From assembly GCA_046327955.1 (NCBI GenBank), contig JAXLXP010000007.1, forward strand, positions 193,136 through 257,135: 64,000 bases of DNA, given 5' to 3'. Shown in pieces: positions 33,690 to 43,000 of the stretch; the first letter of the stretch is position 1; each line of letters begins with the position of its first letter. Source of the stretch: Candidatus Binatia bacterium. Lineage in GTDB: Bacteria > Desulfobacterota > Binatia > DP-6. The notes beneath the pieces are model-generated. The model searched no databases and had not been told where the DNA came from. It worked only from the letters and a program-made list of their open reading frames with translations. A program made the translations under genes and the position numbers.

Positions 33690-34448
33690 GTGAGTCGCGT
33701 CCCACTACTGGCCGGCAACTGGAAGATGCACTGCACCCGCGCCGAAGCGACGGCCCTCGCCCGCGCGCTCGCCGAACGCGTCGGCCGGGTGACCGGGCGC
33801 GAGGTGCTCGTCGCCCCGCCGTTCACCGCGCTCGAGGCCGTGGCCGCTGCGATCGCGGGCACCGCCATCCGCCTGGCGGCGCAGAACGTCCACTGGGAGG
33901 CCAAGGGAGCCTTCACCGGCGAGATCTCGACCGCGATGCTGCGGGACGTGGGCTGCACGCACGTCATCATCGGGCACTCGGAGCGCCGGCAGTACTTCGG
34001 CGAGACCGACGAGACCGTGGCCAAGCGCGTCGGCGCGGCGCTGGCCGCCGGGCTCACCCCGATCGTGTGCGTCGGCGAGACCTTGGCCGAGCGCGAGGCG
34101 GGCGCGACCGCCGCCGTGATCCAGCGCCAGATCGCGGGCGGCCTGGCCGGGCGGTCGGCGGCCGACCTCGACCGCTGCGTCGTGGCCTACGAGCCGGTGT
34201 GGGCAATCGGCACCGGCAGAACCGCCACGCCCGCGCAGGCGCAGGAGGTCCACGCCGCGATCCGAGCGCAGCTCGCCGGACTCGGCGGCGCCGCGCTTGC
34301 GACGCGGGTCCGCATCCTCTACGGAGGAAGCGTGAAGGCGGACAACGTCGACACGCTGATGCGCGAGCCCGACATCGACGGCGCGCTCGTGGGCGGCGCA
34401 AGTCTCGACGTCGCGGCCTTCGCGCGCATCGTCGGGTTCGAGGGGTGA
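33690..34448 (+). CDS. tpiA: triose-phosphate isomerase
   Basis: LLAGNWKMH...IGHSERR...AYEPVWAIGTG. GTG start. Confidence 0.9.
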   Translation: MSRVPLLAGNWKMHCTRAEATALARALAERVGRVTGREVLVAPPFTALEAVAAAIAGTAIRLAAQNVHWEAKGAFTGEISTAMLRDVGCTHVIIGHSERRQYFGETDETVAKRVGAALAAGLTPIVCVGETLAEREAGATAAVIQRQIAGGLAGRSAADLDRCVVAYEPVWAIGTGRTATPAQAQEVHAAIRAQLAGLGGAALATRVRILYGGSVKADNVDTLMREPDIDGALVGGASLDVAAFARIVGFEG

Positions 34449-34455
34449 TCCCATC

Positions 34456-34818
34456 ATGTTGATGACGCTGGTGACGTACGTCGTGCCCGTGATCCACGTG
34501 GCCTCGTGTCTCTTCCTGATCGGGGTCGTGCTGTTGCAGACCGGCAAGGGGGCGGACGTGGGGGCCGTGTTCGGCGGTGGCAGCCAGACGCTGTTCGGCT
34601 CGGGCGGCGCGGGCAACTTCCTCACCAAGCTCACCACCGGCACCGCGATCGCGTTCATGGTGACGTCGCTGCTGCTCACCTGGGGCCAGAGCCACTCGAA
34701 CACGTCGCGCCTGCTCGAGAAGCTCCCGGCGGCGACGGAGTCCGCGCCGGCAGCGAGCGCACCGCAGGACACGGCACCGGCCAACGACAAGCCGGTCGAT
34801 GCCCCGGCAACCGAGTGA
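34456..34818 (+). CDS. secG: preprotein translocase subunit SecG
   Basis: Two TM segments, ...LQTGKGADVGAVFGGGSQTLFGSGGAGNFLTK. Confidence 0.85.
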   Translation: MLMTLVTYVVPVIHVASCLFLIGVVLLQTGKGADVGAVFGGGSQTLFGSGGAGNFLTKLTTGTAIAFMVTSLLLTWGQSHSNTSRLLEKLPAATESAPAASAPQDTAPANDKPVDAPATE

Positions 34819-34879
34819 ATCGGCGCGCTGCGCTCGACAGCGGTCGTCCCCTCTGTTAGGAAATCCCGCTCCACCCCCT

Positions 34880-34964
34880 GCGAGGATGGCGGAACTGGCA
34901 GACGCGCTAGTTTGAGGGGCTAGTGGGCTAATAACCCGTGGGGGTTCAAGTCCCCCTCCTCGCA
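34880..34964 (+). tRNA. tRNA-Leu (anticodon GAG)
   Basis: GCGAGGA...GGCGGAACTGGCAGACGC...CTAGT-TTGAGGG-GCTAG...long variable arm...GGGGGTTCAAGTCCCCC...TCCTCGCA, 85 nt. It closely resembles enterobacterial tRNA-Leu. Confidence 0.85.
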
Positions 34965-35789
34965 TTTCGCAGCCCTTGCGTTTCCGCGTACTTGCGATGC
35001 CCTTGTCCCTCCCCCTCGGCGAGGGAGGGACAATTTGCCTGCTGTCCCGCTCGCGAACAGGGCCGGTTCCAGCTTTGCGAAGCGACGTAGCTCGCTCTCA
35101 CCTTCGGTTGGTAGCCACCGACCGTAGTGCCTTCGCAGCGTCGCGTAGCTGACGCCGGTCTGCGTCTCCAACCATGCGATCTTGACGCCGAGGGAGAGCG
35201 CCGTCGAGACGAACGTGTCCTTGGTGCAGTAGATGCCACGGACCCGGACGCCGAGCACGCGCAGGCAAGCGTACCAGTAGCGCGATGCGAACGCCTTTGG
35301 CTCGATTGGCTGCCCCTCGGTCGTCGTGAAGACGGGCGTGTTGGGTGCCACCCGAAGAGGTTGGATCGCGTGGAGCACGCGCACGCTTTCAGGGAACAGC
35401 TCGACCCAGCGATCCGCGCTCGCGGTCTTCGGCGCGCCGTACTCGTAGAGGTGCCGGCTCCGCTGGACGTGCAGGCGAGGGCCGTCGAAGTCCACGTCGC
35501 CCCACTGCAAGCCAGCCGCTTCGCTCGGGCGCATCCCGGTCCAGAAAAGAAGATGCACAAGGGCGTGGTACGGCAGGTGCGGTCGCATGCGGACCGACTC
35601 GGCGCCCCCGCGTCCGACGTGGAAGCCGAAGCGCTTGCGCTCGAACCAACCGAGGATGCGCTGGCGCTCCTGCGGCGTGAATGGGTCCGGACCTGGCGGG
35701 GTCCACTTCGGCCACTTCAACCGGCGCGGGAAAGGATCGACGAGCAACACGCGGTCGTCAAGTGCCTGGGCGATCACGGCGCCGAGCGT
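34920..35789 (-). pseudogene. int: tyrosine integrase, C-terminal (catalytic) fragment, disrupted by an IS256-family insertion
   Basis: ...TLGAVIAQALDDRVLLV...TGMRPSEAAGL...LRRHYGRW. The reading frame rejoins the N-terminal fragment across the 8-bp target duplication. The 3' end overlaps the tRNA-Leu 3' end on the opposite strand. Confidence 0.7.
34942..34968. repeat. attL: 27-bp direct repeat (tRNA-Leu 3' end) GGGTTCAAGTCCCCCTCCTCGCATTTC
   Basis: Identical copy at 46716-46742. Confidence 0.8.
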
Positions 35790-37227
35790 GGGGATGTCCC
35801 GGAATCTGCTGAACGGCTGACCTGAAACCAGAGAGAGCGGCGGCTCCTTTCCCCGTCCTGTAAAGGACGGGTCACCACAACCAAGGGAAAGGAAGCCGCC
35901 ATGAAGAGAAGTCGCACAGGATCGTCCGCAGAGAAAGCCCCCGCCGCCCCGCCGGCCGTGAGCGTGCAGGTGCCGCTGCCGCTGATCGACGTGCTCGCTG
36001 ACATGAAGACGTCGTTCTTCGGTCTCTGCCTGACCGCGGGCCAGCAGGTCTTCCAGGCGATGATGGAACAGGACCGAGAGCAACTCTGCGGGCCGAAGAA
36101 TCTCCCGAATCCCGATCGGCGCGCCATCCGAGGGGGCAGTGCACCGAGTGAGGTCGTGCTCGGGGCGGCGCATCTCGATGCCCCGGCTTCGAGCGCGCAG
36201 TACAGACGGCAAGGAGCTCCACTTGCCGAGCTTCAGCTACGCCAGCGCCCACGACCCACTCGACGCCTACACGCTCGAACAGATGGCCATTGGCGTCGCC
36301 ACGCGGAAATATCGTCGCACGCTCGATCCGCTGCCGGGCCACGTGACCGAGCGAGCGAGCTCGAAGAGCGCCGTGTCCCGTCGCTTCGTCGCTCTCACCA
36401 GCCACAAGCTCACGACGTGGATGGCGGCGCCCCTCGATGGCCTGGACATCCGCGTCCTCTTCATCGACGGACTCCATTTCCGGGATCACGTGATTCTCCT
36501 GGTCCTGGGCCTCGATTCGCACGGGGTGAAGCATGTGCTCGGCCTGCGGGAGGGACGACGGAGAACGCGACAGTGTGGGGATTGCTCGCCGATCTGCGGC
36601 AGAGAGGTCTCGATCTCGACCGCCCGGTGCTGTTCGTCATCGACGGCGGGACGGGACTTCGGAAAGCGATCGAGACTCGTGCGGGGACGCGGCCCTCGTC
36701 CATCGCTGCCACGTCCACAAGAGACGGAATGTCTTGAGCATCTGCCCGAAGCCATGCGGCCTCGGGTGAAGAAGGCGATCAACGAAGCGCACGGCCTGGC
36801 CGATGCCGATCTCGCGCGGCGGCGTCTCGAGCAACTCGCTGCCGGTCTCCACCGCACGCACCCTGGAGCTGCCGCTTCCCCTTCGAGAAGGACTCGACGA
36901 GACGCTGACCCTGCAACAGCTCGGCGTCTCCAGCGCCCTCTACCGCACACTGCGCTCGACGAACGCGATCGAGAACCTCAACGGCCTCGTCGGGCACTTC
37001 GTCCGCAACGTGCGACGATGGCGAGACGGCCACATGCTGGTCCGTTGGATCGCTGCGGGGCTCGAAGAGGCACGTCGAAGCTTCCGTCGCGTCCGTGGCT
37101 ACACGGACATTCCGAAGCTGATCGCCGCACTCGATCGCCGAACTCTGGACACGAAGAAGGAGGTCGCGTAGACGCCCGTCAACCGAGCCGCCGCTCTCGA
37201 CCGTTCAACAGAGAACGGGACGACCCC
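35790..37227. mobile_element. IS256-family insertion sequence (1438 bp) with ~27-bp terminal IRs (GGGGaTGTCCCGgaatCTGcTGAACGG) and 8-bp TSD CCGAGCGT
   Basis: TSD copies at 35782-35789 and 37228-37235. Mutator-type transposase homology spans the interior. Confidence 0.7.
35901..37171 (+). pseudogene. IS256-family (mutator-type) transposase, interrupted by at least 5 frameshifts
   Basis: Homologous segments lie in four frames: ...LCGPKN...SEVVLG | GRRISMPRLRARSTDGKELHLPSFS...LFIDGLHF...GLDSHGVKHVLGL | TTENATVWGLL...FVIDGGTGLRKAI | VHKRRNVL | LPEAMRPRVKKAI... | ...STNAIENLNGLVGHFVRNVRRWRDG. One shift maps to a G4 homopolymer. Confidence 0.7.
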
Positions 37228-37721
37228 CCGAGCGTGCCGCTGATGATGTTGCGGACGTACTTCACGGACCGCCCGCGAGCGAACAGCTCGGCTTGCAAAC
37301 CGCGGATGATCGCGGGCGTCAGGTCGGTCAGAGAGACGTGACCGACCAGCCTGGCGATGATCTTGCCGTGCCGCACGTAATCGCGCGCCTGCGCCTTCCG
37401 CACCTGCGGGGGACGGTTGTAGGGCAAGAACGACTCGCGGAGGTACTCCGCAAGCGTCGGCCCGCGGGACATCGCCTGGTCCGGTTCTCGCTCGGGGCGT
37501 GCGAAGTAGGACCGGAGTGTCGAGATGGGATCACGCCCCTTCTTGAGCACCACACCGACCGTCGAGCAGAGCGGCGCGAGACGGGCTCGATTCTCAGCAG
37601 TGTCGTCGAGTCCCGTCGAATACGCGACGTGCCGCACGCGGCCGTCCGTCACAGCGACTCGGAAGCGGAGACGCAGGCGGCCCTTGTCCGCGTCAACCGA
37701 GCAACCGGCGTAGACCTTCAT
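37228..37721 (-). pseudogene. int: tyrosine integrase, N-terminal fragment (arm-binding/SAM-like domains), separated from its C-terminal part by the IS256 element
   Basis: MKVYAGCSVDADKGRLRLRFRVAVTDGRVRHVAYSTGL...VKYVRNIISGTL then runs into the IS IR. Confidence 0.7.
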
Positions 37722-38295
37722 GCGCTCGCTCGATGTTCAGCACGGGGTGCGACACTCGCGCGTCTACCATGGCAGCCAGCTCGCCGGCCACTCCGCCCTC
37801 GATCAGCTCGACGATAGCGGCCCACTTGAGCAGGACGCTTCCACCCCGCCCCGTCGGTTGGAACCAGTGGACACCGTGTCGGAGCACGCCGCGGCGCTGC
37901 ATGCGCCGGATCGCCTGAACGCTCCACGGGGTGAGCTGGGCGAGCTGGTCGGCCGACAAGTATGGCGGAATGGTCACCGCTGGCCGGTGTGATAGCGCTC
38001 CTCGTTGAGCTTCAGGTACCGCGCTCGTCCACTTGGACGGTGCGGGCCCGGTTGGCGCGGATGGTCCGGCCGTCCCCGATCTCCTGCGGACGGGGAATCG
38101 GCGTCGCGTCGGCGCGTCGGTCTCTTCGCGAACCAAGTGCAACGGCGTGAGGATGATCTCTCGGCCGCACCCCGGGCACGCGAGCGGGCCCCAGCCTGAC
38201 GGAAGCGGCGTATCACACCGCCGACAGCGACGGCCGAGGAGGTGGTTCTCGACACGTCTCGGATTCGCCACCGTGAGGTCAGGGCGGTCGCTCAC
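37693..38295 (-). CDS. zinc-ribbon + C-terminal excisionase/MerR-like HTH domain protein
   Basis: CRRCDTPLPSGWGPLACPGCGR zinc ribbon; C-terminus ...LSADQLAQLTPWSVQAIRRMQRRGVLRHGVHWFQPTGRGGSVLLKW. The proposed GTG start 38295 overlaps the DUF3631 stop (GTGA). Confidence 0.55.
   Translation of the reverse strand: MSDRPDLTVANPRRVENHLLGRRCRRCDTPLPSGWGPLACPGCGREIILTPLHLVREETDAPTRRRFPVRRRSGTAGPSAPTGPAPSKWTSAVPEAQRGALSHRPAVTIPPYLSADQLAQLTPWSVQAIRRMQRRGVLRHGVHWFQPTGRGGSVLLKWAAIVELIEGGVAGELAAMVDARVSHPVLNIERAHEGLRRLLG
38130..38245. repeat. copy 1 of a ~115-bp diverged direct repeat encoding a Cys4 zinc-ribbon segment (copy 2 at 38308-38425)
   Basis: About 70% nt identity; encodes RCRRC..LPSGWGP..CP.CGR...TPL.LV.E on the minus strand in both copies. 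Confidence 0.6.
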
Positions 38296-39710
38296 GGCTC
38301 GCCCGCCTCCGTGACCAAGCGTAACGGCGTGAAGTGTCCGACGCGCCCGCATCGCGGGCAGCCGATGGGCCCCCAGCCGGAGGGGAGTCCCGCAGTGCAG
38401 CGCCGACACCGGTGCGGGCGACCTGGCGGCCGACCGGCGCCCTTGCTAACGGGCTTCTTCCGTAGGGGGGCGACGACGTGACGAGGTGACAAGCCTTGTG
38501 CCCCAATGCATTCGTCGCCGTTCGACGACGTGACGTCACTGCGCGCGTCACCTTGTCTATCAGCCCGGAAACCCGTGTCTCGCGCAGGTTGTCTCGTCGT
38601 CACGTCGTTGAGATAGCGGGCGAAGGCATCCGCGAAGTCTGTTCGCTCAAAACCTTTGCCGCGCCGGTGGCCGGCGCGGACAGTCTTCGAGACGATGCCG
38701 AACGGACGGAGGAGCTGCATGAGCTTGTAGCCTGGACCGCGGGCGTCCTTCGTTTCGAGCGCCCCTCCCCACCACTCTCCCCACGGCTCGCCCTCGCGCT
38801 CGACGAGCGCCGCGAGGAGTTCGACGGTGAGGAGCCGGGCCGAGCGCGACTCGGCGAAAACCTGGCTGATTGCCCGCAGGAGCTGAACACCGGCACTCTC
38901 GGTGTCCTGTTGCCCGCCGTGGAGTTCCACGGCGGCTCGTCGCGCCCGGGCTGGCCAGTCGCCGCCCGCGAGGTCCGCTATCGCAAGCAGAGGCTCCCAT
39001 CCCTCCGCCGCCCGATCGTCAAGTGCCGCGGGCGTGGTCGGCGTAGGCCCTCGGAGAGTCGGCGTCGCTTCGGCTCCCCAGGCTGCGACGGCCGCCCGCA
39101 GCGGCTCGGCTTCCGCCCTAAACGTGGCAAGGCGGAAGCGGGCCACGGTCTCGGCCTTCTTCTTCCGGCGGAGCGGAATCGTAGTGCCGCGATCCGTCAC
39201 CGTATCCGGAAGAGCGCCGATAGCTGCTATGATCTTCGCGCAGAAGACTTCGAAGTCCACGAGTGTTTGGGTCGAGCCTTGACAGCGCGATACGACCGCG
39301 CCACGCCGGTTGCCGGCGTTGAGAACCGCGCGGAGGCCCTCCGTACCTTGGTCGGCCTTCTTGCCAAAGATGGTGTCAACTTCGTCGAGCAAGAGCGTCG
39401 GCCGATCGCGCGCGATCTTGCGGAAGAGGACTGCCTCGCTCGGTCGAACGAGACGCCATGCCCGCGGGACGAGTCCCTCCAGCACTTCCAGCAGCCGGGT
39501 CTTGCCGCACCGCTTCTCGGGTGAGGTCACCACGAGGTACGGCGTCACGTCGAATGCCTCGATCGCGTGCGCGTGCGCGATCCAGAGCGCGATGGCGACG
39601 AGGGCTGGCTGTGGGATGATGACGTAGCGCGCGATGAGACACTCGACGTCGGCAAGGAGGTCCGCGAGGCCGCGCTGCTCTTCCGCAACCTGCTGCAGGT
39701 ACGTTCGCAT
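38292..39710 (-). CDS. DUF3631-family protein (primase-associated C-terminal domain, found in integrative/plasmid replication modules) with C-terminal zinc ribbon
   Basis: MRTYLQQVAEEQRGLADLLADVECLIARYVIIPQPALVAIALWIAHAHAIEAF...LLDEVDTIFGKK... Start ATG 39710 overlaps the upstream small-ORF stop (ATGA). Confidence 0.65.
   Translation of the reverse strand: MRTYLQQVAEEQRGLADLLADVECLIARYVIIPQPALVAIALWIAHAHAIEAFDVTPYLVVTSPEKRCGKTRLLEVLEGLVPRAWRLVRPSEAVLFRKIARDRPTLLLDEVDTIFGKKADQGTEGLRAVLNAGNRRGAVVSRCQGSTQTLVDFEVFCAKIIAAIGALPDTVTDRGTTIPLRRKKKAETVARFRLATFRAEAEPLRAAVAAWGAEATPTLRGPTPTTPAALDDRAAEGWEPLLAIADLAGGDWPARARRAAVELHGGQQDTESAGVQLLRAISQVFAESRSARLLTVELLAALVEREGEPWGEWWGGALETKDARGPGYKLMQLLRPFGIVSKTVRAGHRRGKGFERTDFADAFARYLNDVTTRQPARDTGFRADRQGDARSDVTSSNGDECIGAQGLSPRHVVAPLRKKPVSKGAGRPPGRPHRCRRCTAGLPSGWGPIGCPRCGRVGHFTPLRLVTEAGEP
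38308..38425. repeat. copy 2 of the zinc-ribbon-coding direct repeat (C-terminus of the DUF3631 protein)
   Basis: See 38130-38245. Confidence 0.6.
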
Positions 39711-39892
39711 CACCGGCCTCGCTGCGGGTCGACGGACGAGGCTAGAGCCGTCCGTGTTGCGGCTTCGGTCATCCTGCCCATCGCGGTGCGAGAGTCGGCG
39801 GATGGCCGCCGCCATACATCTTCGAGGAAGGCGGCGAGCGCCCCTGACTCGTCCCCGCGCATGACGACTCGGCCGAGCGCGCGTCTGCTCAC
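39710..39892 (-). CDS. hypothetical small protein (60 aa), translationally coupled on both sides
   Basis: GTG start overlaps the upstream stop (GTGA); its stop overlaps the DUF3631 ATG (ATGA). Confidence 0.35.
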   Translation of the reverse strand: MSRRALGRVVMRGDESGALAAFLEDVWRRPSADSRTAMGRMTEAATRTALASSVDPQRGR

Positions 39893-40215
39893 TCTCGTGC
39901 CCCCCGGAGCCCGACAAACACAGCGACGTCGGCCTCGTCCAGCCGAACAGCGCGCAGTTGAACCCGGCCGGTGCTTGCGAGATCGTTGAGCGCCCGATTA
40001 ACCGCCGCGCGCGTCCACCGGCGGCGCCACGGGGGTACGGAATCGATGAGGGTCGAGTAAAGACGGCAGAGGGAAACCCGCTTGCCACCGAAGCTCCCAA
40101 GAACCGCATATAGGCTGTCAGCGAGGACGGCGCGCACGGGCGAGAGGGTTTGCCGTCGTCGCGGCGTGCGTGCCGGGCTCTTCCCGCTGCGCCGGTGGGG
40201 CGATATGGTCCGCAT
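39889..40215 (-). CDS. hypothetical protein (108 aa; C-terminal region resembles a winged-helix DNA-binding fold)
   Basis: ORF fitting the operon; no confident domain. Confidence 0.4.
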   Translation of the reverse strand: MRTISPHRRSGKSPARTPRRRQTLSPVRAVLADSLYAVLGSFGGKRVSLCRLYSTLIDSVPPWRRRWTRAAVNRALNDLASTGRVQLRAVRLDEADVAVFVGLRGARE

Positions 40216-40280
40216 CGGATCGTCGACCGCGAGCGCCGTGGCCTGCGAGGTAGGCTCCCCGGGCTACGGCGTCCGCGATC

Positions 40281-40469
40281 TTAGCGGGTGGGCTTGGTTT
40301 CCTCGCCCTGCGTGGCGATCCAGCGGCGGAGCGCCTCAGCTGGCACACGCACCGATCCCCTCAGCCGCACGCTGGGCAGGTCCCCGGCGGCGAGGAGGTC
40401 GTAGACCGTGGATCTTCCAAGACCCAGCAGCTCGGCGACCTCAGGCGGGCGGAGCAGAAGCTTTTCCAT
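40281..40469 (-). CDS. xis: excisionase/AlpA-like helix-turn-helix DNA-binding protein (62 aa)
   Basis: MEKLLLRPPEVAELLGLGRSTVYDLLAAGDLPSVRLRGSVRVPAEALRRWI. SD GGAGG. Confidence 0.65.
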   Translation of the reverse strand: MEKLLLRPPEVAELLGLGRSTVYDLLAAGDLPSVRLRGSVRVPAEALRRWIATQGEETKPTR

Positions 40470-40637
40470 ATCCCCTCCTTCCTTCGAGAGTCTCGTCCCC
40501 TCGGTCTTCTGAGGACTAATCGGCCCCCCTCGTAGCGCAGGGACGCAGCTTAGTCCCTCGGTCGACACCTCAAAACCGGCCAATGGTCGACGGGTCAAAC
40601 CCGGCCAATGGCGACGGCGCGGATGTCATGATCGCTC

Positions 40638-41397
40638 TTACTGCGTAGCGCCCTCCGCGGGCAAGGCATGGTGGCGCATCCGCCAGCTGCGCGGGCCGCA
40701 CTTGAGGACGTGGGCGTGGTGGAGGAGCCGATCGAGGAGCGCCGTCACGGCGGCGGTATCGCCGAGGAGCTTGCCCCAATCGTCGACCGGGCGGTTGGAG
40801 GTGAGGAGCGTGCTGGCCCGCTCGTAGCGGCGCATGACGAGCTCGAGGAGGTCTTCGGCGGCGGTGGCCGGGAGCTTCCGCATGCCGAGGTCGTCGATGA
40901 TGAGGAGTGGGACGGTGGCGAGCTCGGTCATCTTCGCGCGGCGGGTGCCGTCGACGCTGGCCTCGGCGAGCTCGTCGAGGAGGCCGTGGGCCTCGGTGTA
41001 GCGGACGCGGTAGCCCTGCTGGATGGCGGCATGGCCGATCGCCTGCGCGAGATGGCTCTTGCCGGTGCCGGGTGGGCCGAGGAAGAGCGCGTCTTCGCGC
41101 TGGGCGATGAAGCGGCCGGTCGCGAAGCTCGAAGACGAGCGTCCGGTGGAGCTTCTTGTTGAAGTCGAAATCGAAGGTGTCGAGGGTCTTGTCGGGATCG
41201 CGGAAGCGCGCGTGCGTTCGGCGCCGGGCGAGGAGGCGATCTTGGCGCCGGACGAGCTCATCGCTGACGAGCGTGGCGACGAGATCGAGTGGCGCGAGGC
41301 GCTCGGCCTGCGCTTGGCGGAGCCGCGCTTCGAGGACGTCGGCCATCCCCGAGAGCCGGAGCTGGCGGAGGGCGCGATCGAGTTCGGGCAGCGTCAT
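40638..41397 (-). pseudogene. istB: IS21-family helper ATPase IstB, single +1 frameshift
   Basis: MTLPELDRALRQLRLSGM...KLHRTLVFEL | (shift) ATGRFIAQREDALFLGPPGTGKSHLAQAIG...LLDRLLHHAHVL. Confidence 0.7.
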
Positions 41398-43000
41398 TCG
41401 GGAGTCTCCTTCTCGGCGCGGCGATCGAGGAGATCGCGGTAGAGGGTGAGCTGACGGATGAGCGGATCGACCTGGGTGAGCGTGAGCGGGCCGGCGACGC
41501 GCCGCTCGAGATAGCGGCGCACGAAGCGATAGGTCGGGACGCCGAGGTCCCGTGCCGCGGCACACGCGGCCTCGACGGCGGGCACGCCGTGGTGCTTGGC
41601 GAGGGCGAGGACGCCGAGGATGCGGCGGACGCCGGCGGCGCCGTCCTGCTGATGGATCGTCGCGCAGAGCAGGCCGATCGCCCGCCCCGCGCCGGTCGCG
41701 CGCGCGAGGACGGCGAGGACATCGGGCGGCGTCCGCCGGGGGCGATCGGCGGCCGCAATGCGATGCTGGCCGCGCGCCTGCCAGCGATGCTCGCGCAGGA
41801 GCTGCCCCGTGCGCGGATCGAGGAGGCGCACGGTCTGGCCATCCCACTGCACCGGGGAGGCGCTGGCCGAGATAGCCCGGCGGGGCGCCGTAGTACGCGC
41901 CGTCGACCTCGACGCAGCCGTCGAGATGCACGGTCCGCGTCCCGTGCTGGTAGTAGCGAAACGGCGTGAGCGGCAGCGCTCGCAGCGCGGGCTGCTCCTC
42001 GGCAAACATCGCCGCCACTTGCCGCTTCGTCGTGCCGTGGATGCGCGTGTCGGCCCAGCGCGTCTCCCAGTGATCGAGGTAGGCCTGGCCGTCCTCGAGG
42101 TTCTCGAAGCGCATGCCGCGCAGCGGCGTCTTCTGCGCATGGCCGACGCTCGCTTCGACCTTGCCCTTGCGATCGGGATGGCGGACCCGACACGGGAGGG
42201 CCACGGCGCCGTAGTGCGCGAGCACGTCGCGGTAGAGGGGATTGACCGTCGGGTCGTACACGTCCGCGGCGAGCACGCCCTCCTTGAGATTGTCGAGGAC
42301 GACCGTCTGCGGGACGCCGCCCAGCTGGCGAAACGCGCGCTCGTGAAGTTCGGCCCAGATCTGGCTGCTCGATTTCCAGGTGAGCAGCCGGACGGCCTTG
42401 CGGCTGTAGCCGAGCGTGAGGACGAAGAGCCGCGTGCGCCGGTATTTCCCGGTCTGCGGGTGGCGCACCATGGCGCCGTCGCCGTAGTCGACCTGGGCTT
42501 CCTCGCCGGGCGCCGTCCGGATCACGGGATGGGCATCGGGCGGCGCGACCGCGCGCAGCCGATGGACGAAGCGTTGGACGCTCTGCGTAGCCGGCGGCGA
42601 AGCCGTGGCGGTCGACCAGGTCCTGCCAGATCGCCATGGCGTTGCGGCCGCGGCCGAGCGCCTCCGTGATCAGCTCGCGGTACGGCTCGCACGTGCTCGC
42701 CGCCGGGCTCCGGCCGGGGCGCGGGGGGCACGGCGGCGGCCCCGAGTCGGTCGACACCCCATTGGCCGGTTTTGCCGTCGATCCCGGCTCCGAGTCGGTC
42801 GACACCTCGTTGGCCGGTTTTGATGGTGGTCGTCGGCCCCAGCTGCCCGGCGGCCGCACCGCGATCCCCGCGGCCTTCAAGTAGGCGCTCGCCGTCTCGC
42901 GGCGCACGCCCGTCTCGTCTTCGATGCGCCGCAGCGGCCAGCCGAGTCGGCCGAGGGCGAGGACCTGCTGTCGTTTCGTGTCGCTCAAGACGTTGGCCAT
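41394..43000 (-). pseudogene. istA: IS21-family transposase IstA, two +1 frameshifts
   Basis: MANVLSDTKRQQVLALGRLGW...DRHGFAAGYA | SVQRFVHRLR...IRTAPGEEAQVDYG...DDE region...GYLGQRLP | VQWDGQTVRLLDPRTGQLLREHRW... Confidence 0.7.

Noticed and set aside
35600-35800. Integrase HxxR box reads YCTK instead of the canonical HxxR, suggesting an inactive recombinase
   Set aside because: Alignment by eye is uncertain around this motif, and the catalytic Tyr and first Arg are present. A proper alignment is needed before making this call.
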